DNA from: Alkalispirochaeta sp.
Lineage (GTDB): Bacteria > Spirochaetota > Spirochaetia > DSM-27196 > Alkalispirochaetaceae
Direction of reading: 5' to 3'
DNA length: 64,000 nucleotides
NCBI GenBank assembly: GCA_965601925.1
Contig: OZ271854.1
Coordinates: 4,384,001 to 4,448,000, forward strand
Shown here: positions 1 through 9,301 of the stretch, in pieces
Layout of the letters: each line of letters opens with the position of its first letter
Position numbering within the stretch: the first letter of the stretch is position 1
Notes under the pieces: generated by a model
Told to the model about the DNA's origin: nothing
The model's input: the letters and a program-made list of their open reading frames with translations, nothing else
Databases searched by the model: none
Translations under genes and position numbers: made by a program

Positions 1-448
1 TGTACGGTGCAACGACCTTGAGGCCGGGAATGTGTGCAAAGTAGCTCTGGAGCGCCTGAGAGTGCTGGCTCGAAAGATACTCCGCCGGGCCGTTGGGTCC
101 TCTAAAGACGATCGGCACATTCAATTGTCCGCCGGACATGTGCCTCATTTTGGCGGCGTTGTTGACGACCTGGTCGAGGGCCAACAGCGCAAAGTTAAAG
201 GTCATCCACTCGACGATCGGCCGCAGACCGACCGACGCTGCGCCGACGGCCAAGCCGGTAAATCCGAGCTCCGCGATCGGCGTATCGAGTATACGCTTCG
301 GACCGTACTTATCCAGGAGCCCTTTGCTAACCTTGTAGGCTCCGTTGTACTCGCCGACCTCCTCGCCGAGAAGAAAAACCTTCTCGTCTCGAGCCATCTC
401 CTCGTCCATCGCCTGACGAAGGGCGTCACGCATTTGAATCTCTGGCAT
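1..448 (-). CDS. pdhB: Pyruvate dehydrogenase E1 beta subunit (5' part; runs off window)
   Basis: Manual translation from ATG at 448: [44 protein letters not shown]...[11 protein letters not shown]...[12 protein letters not shown]...FRGPNG...SQHSQ; RBS AGGAGAGG; follows pdhA. Confidence 0.95.
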   Translation of the reverse strand, partial: MPEIQMRDALRQAMDEEMARDEKVFLLGEEVGEYNGAYKVSKGLLDKYGPKRILDTPIAELGFTGLAVGAASVGLRPIVEWMTFNFALLALDQVVNNAAKMRHMSGGQLNVPIVFRGPNGPAEYLSSQHSQALQSYFAHIPGLKVVAPY

Positions 449-473
449 CTTACCTCTCCTATCGTCCAGGGCC

Positions 474-1448
474 TCAGGCCAGGATATCCTCGTACATCGT
501 GTGGAGCGCCGGCTCTTCACTCTTCTCGGCGAAGTCGACCGCCTCTTTGACCTGTTGCTTGACCTCTTCGTCGAGCGCCTTGAAGTCCTCTTCACTCATC
601 ATCTTCGCCTCGATCATCTGACTTTTGAGCTGTACGATCGGATCCTGTTTTTTGTACTGCTCCAATTCGTCCTTGGTCCGATACTTTCCGGGATCACTGA
701 TCGAATGGCCCTTGTAGCGGTAGGTTTTGAGGTCGACGAGGCACGCAGTGCCCGTCTCGCGTGTCTTTGCGATGATCTCGCCGAGACGCTCGTACACTTC
801 GATGAAGTCCATTCCGCTTATCTCGTACCCCGGTAGATCGTATCCCGCAGCCTTTACGGCGAAATCCTCGACACCGGAGATGCGGTGCACCGCGGTTCCC
901 ATACCGAAATGGTTGTTCTCCACGATGTAGACGACCGGCAGGTTCCAGATCTTGGCCAGGTTGAGACTCTCGTGAAAGGCTCCCTGGTGGATCGCTCCGT
1001 CGCCGAAAAAACAGAGCGTCACCCCGCCGTCCTCGTCGTACATCTGCTTGAAGGCGACCCCCGTCGCGATCGGTATCTGCGCGCCGACGATTCCGTTGCC
1101 CCCGAGAAAGTGGCGTTCGGCGTCGAACATGTGCATCGACCCACCCTTGCCGCGCACGCATCCGGTGATCTTACCGAAGAGTTCCGCCATGAGGCTCTTC
1201 GGGTCCATACCCACGGCGATGGCGTGGCCGTGATCGCGGTAGGAGGTCAACATGTAGTCCTTCGCCAGATCGATCGCGGCGACCGCGCCGACCGCCACCG
1301 CCTCCTGTCCGTTGTAGAGGTGCAGAAACCCTCCGATTTTACGGAGACCGTACATCTGGGCCGCCCGCTCCTCAAACCGACGAATCAGCAGCATGTCGCG
1401 CAACGCCGGCTTGAGAAACTCCGGCTCGTATTTGCTTACATCACTCAT
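474..1448 (-). CDS. pdhA: Pyruvate dehydrogenase E1 alpha subunit
   Basis: [24 protein letters not shown] motif GDGA...[15 protein letters not shown]. Confidence 0.96.
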   Translation of the reverse strand: MSDVSKYEPEFLKPALRDMLLIRRFEERAAQMYGLRKIGGFLHLYNGQEAVAVGAVAAIDLAKDYMLTSYRDHGHAIAVGMDPKSLMAELFGKITGCVRGKGGSMHMFDAERHFLGGNGIVGAQIPIATGVAFKQMYDEDGGVTLCFFGDGAIHQGAFHESLNLAKIWNLPVVYIVENNHFGMGTAVHRISGVEDFAVKAAGYDLPGYEISGMDFIEVYERLGEIIAKTRETGTACLVDLKTYRYKGHSISDPGKYRTKDELEQYKKQDPIVQLKSQMIEAKMMSEEDFKALDEEVKQQVKEAVDFAEKSEEPALHTMYEDILA

Positions 1449-1487
1449 ATTGCTTTTATTCTCCTTGAATGTTGAAGCGAACGCGTC

Positions 1488-1925
1488 TCAAGCCGTGGCG
1501 TGTGAACGTTCGCCTTTCATAGGCTGGAAATACTGAACGGCCTCGACGATCGTCTCGATGACTACCAGTTCGGTCTCGCCGGCGTTGACGGTCCAAAAGG
1601 TCGTCAGGTTGTGTCCCAACGCCTCCAGGACGTCCGATGTGAGCGAAGGGTTATCGACTACGTGCGCTGAACCGTGCACGTGGACGATCTCGTCGAGCGC
1701 CTTCGATTGGATCAACCACGATACCCGAGCGTGCGAATTGATCTGCTTGACTTTTTCAAAATCGGGCGATGTGACGGCGTACAGGCTCCCCCGGGGGCCG
1801 CGCAGAACGGTGGGGACCATCCAGCGGCTGTGGGGTCGTCCCTCGCCGTCGACGGTCGTCAGGATCGCGGCGTGGGAGCTATCCAGAATGCGTTCCATCA
1901 CATCCAGAAGTGTATTAAGGTCCAT
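1488..1925 (-). CDS. Pyridoxamine 5'-phosphate oxidase-like (split-barrel flavin-binding / general stress protein family)
   Basis: AILTTVDGEGRPHSRWM...KVKQI...VSW pattern; GGAGGAGG RBS before ATG at 1925. Confidence 0.75.
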   Translation of the reverse strand: MDLNTLLDVMERILDSSHAAILTTVDGEGRPHSRWMVPTVLRGPRGSLYAVTSPDFEKVKQINSHARVSWLIQSKALDEIVHVHGSAHVVDNPSLTSDVLEALGHNLTTFWTVNAGETELVVIETIVEAVQYFQPMKGERSHATA

Positions 1926-2155
1926 CAATTCCTCCTCCGGGTCCACTGCAACGAGTTATACTTTTACGCGTTCCCGGCTAATGTAATAAATGAGTCGGAC
2001 TTTGGGTAACCCTCGCCGATTACCCCTACCAACACACTGAATTGTTGACTAAAATGACTGTACTTTAAAGACCCCTGTTGCTATACTTCACCGAAGAGAT
2101 AAATATGTATCTATAAAAAGGCTTAGATTTGTTCCGGGAAAAAGAAGGAGGGCTT

Positions 2156-3193
2156 GTGTTCCAGAAGCAGGACATTATGAGGCGGGTCATGTACTCGCTC
2201 GCTCCCATGTTTCTGTTTGCGATATTTCTGTACGGTTGGCGTATCATCGTAACCACGGCGTTCGTGTTTGCGTTCGGAATCGTCACCGAGTACATCTTTG
2301 AAAAGAGTCGTAAAAAGAAGGTCAGCGAAGCGGTGCTCGTAACGTGTGCACTCTATTCGCTGTCGCTACCGCCGGTCACACCGATCTGGATCGCCGTAGT
2401 CGGCATCGTCTTTGCGGTCGCAATCGCGAAAGAGGTCTTCGGCGGGTTCGGCCGCAACGTCTTCAATCCGGCGATAACGGGCCGTCTATTTATTTACATC
2501 ACGTTTCCGACCGTCCTTACGACGGCGTGGATGGTACCGGCACTGACCGATGTCGCCGGCGCAGCGGGGTTGACCGGCGCGTTCGGTACCTCGGGAGTGA
2601 CTCACGTCGACGCGATCTCCGCCGCGACACCGCTGGCGTTGATGCGTTCCGGCGAGATGCCCAACTTGTGGAACCTCTTTCTCGGATTCCGATCGGGATC
2701 GATGGGTGAAAGCAGCATCGTCCTAATCCTCGCCGCCGCGGTATATCTCATCTATACCAAGACGGCGAACTGGAAGTTGATCCTCTCGACCTTTTTGAGC
2801 GCGCTCTTTTTTACGGTGTTGTTTTACTTTGCCGACTGGATTCCCGGCGTCAGCCCCGCAAACTTCAACGGTACGAGTCACCTCATACCGATTGCCGCCT
2901 ACATGATGAGCGGCAGTATCATGTACGTCGCGGTGTTCATGGCTACCGACCCGGTCTCGGGCCCCAATAAACCCGGGGCGCAGTGGGCCTACGGCATCCT
3001 TATCGGCGGCGTATCTATGGCCGTTCGTACGTTCAGCGGCTTTCCCGAAGGCACCAGCTTCGGCATCATGATCGGAAACACCTTCAGCGCCCTTCTTGAT
3101 GAGATCTTTCCCAAGAAGAAGAAAAAGAAGAAGACGATCAAGAAACCGGTGAAGCCGGCGACCGAGAAACCGGCACAGGAGGTATCGGCATGA
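2156..3193 (+). CDS. nqrB: NqrB/RnfD family membrane subunit
   Basis: KEVFGGFGRNVFNPA, DAISAATPL (FMN-Thr), GSMGE, FMATDPVS; AGGAGG RBS before GTG at 2156. Confidence 0.85.
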   Translation: MFQKQDIMRRVMYSLAPMFLFAIFLYGWRIIVTTAFVFAFGIVTEYIFEKSRKKKVSEAVLVTCALYSLSLPPVTPIWIAVVGIVFAVAIAKEVFGGFGRNVFNPAITGRLFIYITFPTVLTTAWMVPALTDVAGAAGLTGAFGTSGVTHVDAISAATPLALMRSGEMPNLWNLFLGFRSGSMGESSIVLILAAAVYLIYTKTANWKLILSTFLSALFFTVLFYFADWIPGVSPANFNGTSHLIPIAAYMMSGSIMYVAVFMATDPVSGPNKPGAQWAYGILIGGVSMAVRTFSGFPEGTSFGIMIGNTFSALLDEIFPKKKKKKKTIKKPVKPATEKPAQEVSA

Positions 3194-3795
3194 ACAAGCA
3201 AAGCTTGATATATACCGTCATATTCACCTTCGTCGTTTCATTCATCTTCGTAGCGGTGCTCGCCGTCGCAAATGAGGGCACGAGTGACCAGGTCGACCTC
3301 AATCAACAGCTCAGTCGCCAACAGGCGGTTCTCAACGCCATCGGCATTCCCTATGCCGGACCCGACGAGGTCCAACAGCGGTTCGCCGCCGTCCAAGAGA
3401 TAGATCGAGACGGTACCACGCTCTACCGCACCGAGATCGACGGCGAGGTCGTCTTTGCGAAGGAGTTTTCCGGGAGCGGTCTGTGGGGCATGATCACCGG
3501 TGTACTGGCCGTCACCGAGGACCTCGATCGGACCGTCGGCATGGAAATCATCACCCATAACGAAACACCCGGTCTCGGCGGCCGTATCGACGAGGATTGG
3601 TTTAAGGCGCAACTCCGTGACGAGCGTATCGTCGACGGCGGTATCACCGTCTCGAGCGCCGGCGACGGCGATACCGATATGAATAACGGTGCGATCGACG
3701 CGGTGACCGGCGCCTCGCGCACCAGCGACTCCATGCAGGTCATCTTCGACACCGAACTCTCGGCATTCGCGTCGCTTTTGGGGGGTACCGAATGA
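3190..3795 (+). CDS. nqrC: NqrC/RnfG family FMN-binding subunit
   Basis: N-terminal TM helix, GSGLWG, HNETPGLGGRI, IDAVTGASRTS; ATGA overlap. Confidence 0.85.
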   Translation: MNKQSLIYTVIFTFVVSFIFVAVLAVANEGTSDQVDLNQQLSRQQAVLNAIGIPYAGPDEVQQRFAAVQEIDRDGTTLYRTEIDGEVVFAKEFSGSGLWGMITGVLAVTEDLDRTVGMEIITHNETPGLGGRIDEDWFKAQLRDERIVDGGITVSSAGDGDTDMNNGAIDAVTGASRTSDSMQVIFDTELSAFASLLGGTE

Positions 3796-4397
3796 GCAGT
3801 CCCGGACAGATTCTCAAAGAGAACCTTTGGTCCAACAATCCGATATTCATGCAGGTACTCGGTATCTGCTCCGCGTTGGCGGTTACAAACCTGTTGACCA
3901 ACACGATGATTATGACTCTCGGCGTTACCTTCGTCACGGCGATGTCGAGTTTTACGGTCTCGGTTATCAAGAGCCTGATACCGCGCAAGGTGCGTATGAT
4001 CGTACAGACGCTCGTCATCGCCTTCTACGTCATTATCGTAGATATCTTGCTGCGGGCGTATCTGCCCGATATCAGCCGCTCCCTGGGTCCTTACGTGGGT
4101 CTCATCATCACCAACTGTATCATCATGGGACGCGCCGAGGCGTTTGCACAAAGTAACCCGCCGCTCATCTCGGCGTGGGACGGCGCGACCAGCGGATTCG
4201 GCTACATGGCGGTACTCCTGACGATCGCGTTCTTTCGGGAGTTACTCGGCTTCGGCACCCTCTTCGGCGTTCAGGTACTTCCCGATTCGTTCGTACCGTG
4301 GACGATCATGGTTACCGCGCCGAGCGCCTTCTTCTTTCTCGGAATCATCATTTGGGTCGGTAAGAGCATCATGAATCGCGAAGGAGCACCGGCATGA
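3792..4397 (+). CDS. nqrD: NqrD/RnfE family membrane subunit
   Basis: NNPIFMQVLGICSALAVT, YVGLIITNCIIMGRAEAFA, APSAFF. Confidence 0.9.
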   Translation: MSSPGQILKENLWSNNPIFMQVLGICSALAVTNLLTNTMIMTLGVTFVTAMSSFTVSVIKSLIPRKVRMIVQTLVIAFYVIIVDILLRAYLPDISRSLGPYVGLIITNCIIMGRAEAFAQSNPPLISAWDGATSGFGYMAVLLTIAFFRELLGFGTLFGVQVLPDSFVPWTIMVTAPSAFFFLGIIIWVGKSIMNREGAPA

Positions 4398-4993
4398 GCG
4401 CGGCACCGTTGATCAGCCCCTTTTCCCTGTTTTTCGCCTCGATCTTCACGAGTAACATTCTGCTCGCGAACTTCCTCGGCATGTGTTCGTTCATATCGAT
4501 CTCCAAGGATATGAAGTCGTCCAACGGCCTCGGCATGGCGGTTACGGTCGTTCTCACGCTGACTACCGCCCTCAACTGGGTCATTCTCAACTACGTGCTT
4601 ATCCCGTTGGGCGTCGAGTACTTGCGGTTCATCGTCTTCATTATATCGATTGCGGCCGTCGTACAGATGTTGGAGATGATCATCGACCGCGTTTCTCAAT
4701 CGCTCTACATGAGTCTGGGAATTTTCCTGCCCCTCATCACGGTAAACTGCGCGATTCTCGGTGTGTCGCTTTTTATGGAGATCCGAGATTACACCTTCAT
4801 TCAGTCGATAGTGTACGGCCTCGGCTCCGGCCTCGGATGGTGGCTCGCGATTATGGCCCTGTCGGCAATCAGGAAGAAGACCGATAAATCGCCGGTCCCC
4901 GCCGGTCTCAAGGGCCCCGGTATCACGGTGATTACGATCGGTCTGATGGCGATGGCGTTCATCGGGTTCTCCGGGATGCTGTCGGTACAGTAA
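4394..4993 (+). CDS. nqrE: NqrE/RnfA family membrane subunit
   Basis: FLGMCSF, LGIFLPLITVNCAILG, VPAGLKGPGI, MAFIGFSG. Confidence 0.9.
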   Translation: MSAAPLISPFSLFFASIFTSNILLANFLGMCSFISISKDMKSSNGLGMAVTVVLTLTTALNWVILNYVLIPLGVEYLRFIVFIISIAAVVQMLEMIIDRVSQSLYMSLGIFLPLITVNCAILGVSLFMEIRDYTFIQSIVYGLGSGLGWWLAIMALSAIRKKTDKSPVPAGLKGPGITVITIGLMAMAFIGFSGMLSVQ

Positions 4994-5006
4994 GGAGTTG
5001 CAGACT

Positions 5007-6131
5007 ATGGACTTGATTTTCTTTATTGCGCCGGCGGCCATCGGCGGCATCTCCGCCGGACTGGCCGCGCTGATTTCGATCACCGATAAGATCGTCAATA
5101 ACTACGGCGACATTAAGATCGATATCAACGACGGAAAGAAGGAGTTGATCGTTAAAGGCGGCCAGCCTATGCTCTTCGGTCTTTCCGGTGAAAGCATCTT
5201 CATTCCCTCGGCGTGCGGCGGTCGCGGGAGCTGCGGCGCCTGTAAAGTAAAGGTCAAAAACGATATCGGACCGGTCATGCCGACGGAGATCCCCTATCTC
5301 ACGAAGGAAGAGCTTGCCGACGACATCCGTTTGTCGTGTCAAATCAAACTCAAGCAGGACGTTGAGATAGAAATTCCCGAGGAGCTGTTCAACGTTCAGG
5401 AGTACGAGACGACGATCGAACGAATCGTAGACGTCACCCACGACATCAAAGAGGTCTACTGCAAGCTGCCGGAGGGCAAAGAGGTCACCTTCGTCTCCGG
5501 TCAATATGGACAGTTCGAGGTGCCGTCGTACGACAAAATCAAAGAGCCGACGATGCGCGCCTACTCCATGTCATCGGCGCCGAGCGACACGAAGCACTTG
5601 GAGTTCCTCATCCGTCTCGTTCCCGGCGGAATCGTGACCAGCTACGTGCACACCTATCTTAAAGAGGGACAAAAGATCAGAGTCGTCGGCCCCTTCGGCG
5701 ATTTCCAAGTTAGAGACACCCCGGCGGCGATGATCTGTGTAGCCGGCGGTTCCGGTATGGCGCCGTTCAAGAGTATCTTTCAGGACATGTTGGACAAGGG
5801 CACCTTGGACGACCGCGACATCTGGTACTTTTTCGGCGCCAGAACCAAGAAGGATGTGTTCTATCTCGATTGGCTTTATAAACTCGATGCCGAGCACGAA
5901 CGCTTCCACTTCATCCCCGCTCTGAGCGAACCACAACCGGAGGACAACTGGGACGGTCCGACGGGACTCATTACCGAGGTCCTCGACGGGTATCTCAAAA
6001 ACGAGATCCCGACCGATAAGGACAAAGAGGGGTATCTGTGCGGGAGCCCGGGTATGTTGGACGCGTGTATGGTCGTCATGGCCGATAATGATATGAAGTC
6101 GGAGGATATTTTCTTCGACAAGTTCGCGTAA
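5007..6131 (+). CDS. nqrF: NqrF-like NADH-oxidising [2Fe-2S]/FAD subunit
   Basis: N-terminal TM, SACGGRGSCGAC...RLSCQ, RAYS, GPFG, GGSGMAP, YLCGSPGM, FDKF; AAGGAG RBS. Confidence 0.85.
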   Translation: MDLIFFIAPAAIGGISAGLAALISITDKIVNNYGDIKIDINDGKKELIVKGGQPMLFGLSGESIFIPSACGGRGSCGACKVKVKNDIGPVMPTEIPYLTKEELADDIRLSCQIKLKQDVEIEIPEELFNVQEYETTIERIVDVTHDIKEVYCKLPEGKEVTFVSGQYGQFEVPSYDKIKEPTMRAYSMSSAPSDTKHLEFLIRLVPGGIVTSYVHTYLKEGQKIRVVGPFGDFQVRDTPAAMICVAGGSGMAPFKSIFQDMLDKGTLDDRDIWYFFGARTKKDVFYLDWLYKLDAEHERFHFIPALSEPQPEDNWDGPTGLITEVLDGYLKNEIPTDKDKEGYLCGSPGMLDACMVVMADNDMKSEDIFFDKFA

Positions 6132-6146
6132 GGTGAGGATACAGTC

Positions 6147-6599
6147 ATGAAAATGTCGCCCGAGTACACCAAAGCTCAACAGAACATGCAACCCGGTGTT
6201 ATTACATCGGACGGATTCCTGGGAGACGACGCGCGGAACATCGTCGATATCATCGAGGCCGACGAGGAGGAGTTCGCACGGCTCGGTTTGGACTTCGACC
6301 ACGTCGTCTCCACCCTACGAAACCTCCTGGAGGCGGGACGCAAAGGTCTGGGCGAGCCGGTCACCATCGATGATAGGTGGATCGTCACCACGAGCGAGGC
6401 GAGGGGCCATCTAGCATCGCCCTTCGAGGACGGTATTTTTCGCAAAGTCAACGCGTTGATCCGGAATACCGCGAGCGAGAGCGAGCTGTTGGTGAGCGAT
6501 CTCTCGCTTCATCTCATAGAAAAGAATCATTTCCTCCAGGGAAAGGGAGCTCCTTTCCGCATCGAACCCGATATGATCAAAAAGGTGCTGGAGCTATAG
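6147..6599 (+). CDS. Hypothetical protein, last gene of nqr-like operon
   Basis: 15 bp after nqrF with GGTGAGG RBS; acidic soluble 150-aa ORF; no motif recognised. Confidence 0.8.
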   Translation: MKMSPEYTKAQQNMQPGVITSDGFLGDDARNIVDIIEADEEEFARLGLDFDHVVSTLRNLLEAGRKGLGEPVTIDDRWIVTTSEARGHLASPFEDGIFRKVNALIRNTASESELLVSDLSLHLIEKNHFLQGKGAPFRIEPDMIKKVLEL

Positions 6600-6608
6600 C
6601 TCCGGCAT
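6585..6608 (+). terminator. Hairpin over stop codon, possible terminator of nqr operon
   Basis: GTGCTGGAGC-TATA-GCTCCGGCAT 10-bp stem with two G-U pairs; weak U-tail. Confidence 0.45.
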
Positions 6609-6623
6609 CAGTATTTCGTTCAA

Positions 6624-6652
6624 TTGATTTTTTTTACGCCGGTAGCTATGCT
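6624..6652 (+). promoter_or_regulatory. sigma70-type promoter for GGDEF/EAL-aroK-aroC
   Basis: TTGATT-17bp-TATGCT; spacer contains most of a T8 run. Confidence 0.55.
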
Positions 6653-6666
6653 GATGAACGAACCTC

Positions 6667-8712
6667 ATGCCCGAAGCACGCGTACTGATTGTCGAAGACG
6701 AAAAGATCATTGCTCTTGATCTGCAACGACGCCTGGAGAAATTCGGATACACCGTCGTCAGTCTTGCCTCCACCGCCGACGAGGCGATAAAGGCCGCCGA
6801 GCGCCACCAGCCGGATATCATTTTGATGGATATCATGCTTAACGGTGAGCGCGACGGAGTAGATGCGGCGGTCGAGATCAAGGAACGATCGGACGTCCCG
6901 ATCGTCTTTCTCACCGCATACGCCGACGAGAGAACGGTAGAGCGCGCCAAAAAAGCCGAGCCGGTCGGGTACGTGCTCAAACCCTTCAAAGAGCGCGAGC
7001 TCCAGACCACGATCGATATAGCGCTTTATAAGGCGCGCGTCGATCGCCAAATGAAGGAACAGGAGCAGCTCTTCGAGGCGCTTCTTAACAGCATCAACGA
7101 CGGCCTGATCGCCTATTCGTCGAATCGCACGATTCGGTTTCTCAACCCCGTTGCGCAAGATCTCACGGGGTGGTCCGAGGAGCGGGCGATCGACCAGGAT
7201 CTTCAGGACGTATTTTCGCTCTTCGAAGAAAACAGCGAGCTCGCGGCTACCGTCCCCTTCTCCCTCGTCGAGGAGGGTAAGGATTTCGATTTTGAAAACG
7301 TATACCTTCTTACGGATCAAGGCGGGCGTGTAAGCGTCGCCGGATCGATCACGCCGATCCGCACATCCGCCGGTATCGACGGTGGGCTCATTACGTTTCA
7401 CGACGTAACCGACATCAAAGAGATGTCACAGATCATCGAGTACCAGGCGAGCCACGACTCGCTCACGGGCCTCATGAATCGCGAGGAGTTCTTCAGCCGC
7501 CTGCAGGAAATTGCGCGCGAGGCGCAGGAGCAAGAAAAGGGGCACAGCTTCATCTACATCGATCTGGACCAGTTCAAGATCGTGAACGACGTATGCGGCC
7601 ACCTCGCCGGCGACGAACTGTTGCGACAAGTATCAAACGATTTGAGCAAGCTCATGGAGAAGGAGCTCCATATATCCGCTCGCCTCGGGGGCGACGAGTT
7701 CGGCGTACTCCTGTTCGACACGCCGCTCGCCCGCGGCATGTCGGTCGCACGGACGCTCCTACGGAGTCTCAATCGCAAGTTCATATGGCAGAAAAACGCC
7801 TTTCATATCACCGCAAGCGTCGGGTTGGTCCCCGTCACCGGCCTCAGCACCGATGGTTACAGCATCCTGGCCGCGGCGGACGACGCGTCGTACCTGGCCA
7901 AAGAGGCAGGTGGTAACACGATCAAGGTCTATGAGACCGCAGACTATAATTTTCTCAAGCGCCGCGGCGAGATGCAATGGATCTCTCGTCTCAACCACGC
8001 ACTGGAGGACGATCGCTTTGAGTTGTGGGGGCAGCCGATCATTCCTACCGACTCCCACGAGCCGGAGCATCTGGAGATTCTCATTCGTATGCTCGATAGC
8101 GACGCCTCGCTCATCGACCCGGCCGATTTCATTCCGGCGGCGGAAAAGTACAATCTCATGCCCGCCGTCGACCGATGGGTGCTGACACGCGCGTTCGAAC
8201 TGTTGGCTCAGTTTGCCGAACGGGGGCGCAACCCGATATTCAGCATTAACTTAAGTGGAGCGTCGATCGCCGACGAGCGCGTTTTGGAGTACATTCGCCA
8301 CCTCCTCCAGACCTCGGCTATCGACCCGACGCAAGTCTGCTTCGAAATCACCGAGACGACCGCGATCGCCAATATGAGTCGCGCGACCTCGTTCATCCGC
8401 CGTCTCAAAGATATCGGGGTCTCCTTCGCCCTGGACGACTTCGGCAACGGTTTTTCGTCGTTCTCGTACCTTAAGCATCTGCCGGTCGACTATCTGAAAA
8501 TCGACGGATCCTTCGTGCGCGGTATCGCCGACAACCCGATCGACTTCGCCCTCGTCGCCTCAGTTAATAACATCGGACATGTGATGGGAATGAAAACGAT
8601 CGCCGAATACGTAACCGACGAAAAGACGCGTGCGAGCCTCGAACAGATCGGTGTGGACTACCTGCAGGGCTACGAAATCGCGCGGCCGTCCCCGATAAAA
8701 GTCGTCGATTGA
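6667..8712 (+). CDS. REC-PAS-GGDEF-EAL diguanylate cyclase/phosphodiesterase
   Basis: Receiver (VEDE, DIILMDI, KPF), PAS-like linker, HDSLTGL, ARLGGDEF, EIL motif, FEITET, LDDFGNG, LKIDGSF, AEYV, QGY. Confidence 0.95.
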   Translation: MPEARVLIVEDEKIIALDLQRRLEKFGYTVVSLASTADEAIKAAERHQPDIILMDIMLNGERDGVDAAVEIKERSDVPIVFLTAYADERTVERAKKAEPVGYVLKPFKERELQTTIDIALYKARVDRQMKEQEQLFEALLNSINDGLIAYSSNRTIRFLNPVAQDLTGWSEERAIDQDLQDVFSLFEENSELAATVPFSLVEEGKDFDFENVYLLTDQGGRVSVAGSITPIRTSAGIDGGLITFHDVTDIKEMSQIIEYQASHDSLTGLMNREEFFSRLQEIAREAQEQEKGHSFIYIDLDQFKIVNDVCGHLAGDELLRQVSNDLSKLMEKELHISARLGGDEFGVLLFDTPLARGMSVARTLLRSLNRKFIWQKNAFHITASVGLVPVTGLSTDGYSILAAADDASYLAKEAGGNTIKVYETADYNFLKRRGEMQWISRLNHALEDDRFELWGQPIIPTDSHEPEHLEILIRMLDSDASLIDPADFIPAAEKYNLMPAVDRWVLTRAFELLAQFAERGRNPIFSINLSGASIADERVLEYIRHLLQTSAIDPTQVCFEITETTAIANMSRATSFIRRLKDIGVSFALDDFGNGFSSFSYLKHLPVDYLKIDGSFVRGIADNPIDFALVASVNNIGHVMGMKTIAEYVTDEKTRASLEQIGVDYLQGYEIARPSPIKVVD

Positions 8713-8713
8713 G

Positions 8714-9295
8714 ATGCGCCGTGACACCGATATCGCCTTTACCGGCCTTAAGCACAGTGGGAAGACGACCCTCGCCCGCCGATTGAGCCGAAGACTCGCC
8801 TACACGTTTCGCGATCTCGACCATGAGATGGTCCGCGCCGCGGAGCACGACGGCCGGTTCTCGCGCTCGTCGGAAACCGAAGGTGACCGGAATCCGATTC
8901 GTTCGCTCTATCGCGCCGTCGGCGGAGATCGGTTTCGATCGTGGGAGACGGAGGTGCTGACGCGTATCACCGCCGCTCGCACGGGCGACGATCCTGCGGT
9001 TCGCCCCGTTCTCTTGGCAACGGGAGGCGGAATCTGCGACAATCGCGAGGCAATGGGCATTCTCGGCGAGCACTACTATGTGCTTTACCTCCGAAATGAC
9101 CCGTTGGTATTGTATGAGAGGATCGCGGCGCGGGGGATACCCGCCTTTCTCGATCCGTCGAGACCGCGCGATCACTTCTTAGAGATCGCCGCTGGACGCG
9201 ACACATTGTATCAACGGAGCGCTCGCGAAGTTGTCGATCTATCGGGTCTCACCCCCGAAGAGGCGTTTCGCGAACTCCTGAACAGATTGGGGTAA
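8714..9295 (+). CDS. aroK: Shikimate kinase
   Basis: GLKHSGKTT P-loop, DLD, FRSWE, LATGGG; adjacent to aroC. Confidence 0.85.
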   Translation: MRRDTDIAFTGLKHSGKTTLARRLSRRLAYTFRDLDHEMVRAAEHDGRFSRSSETEGDRNPIRSLYRAVGGDRFRSWETEVLTRITAARTGDDPAVRPVLLATGGGICDNREAMGILGEHYYVLYLRNDPLVLYERIAARGIPAFLDPSRPRDHFLEIAAGRDTLYQRSAREVVDLSGLTPEEAFRELLNRLG

Positions 9296-9301
9296 CACGC
9301 A

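Noticed and set aside
2040..2095. Rex operator between pdh and nqr
   Set aside because: Only weak partial similarity to TTGTGAA-N4-TTCACAA; no real palindrome
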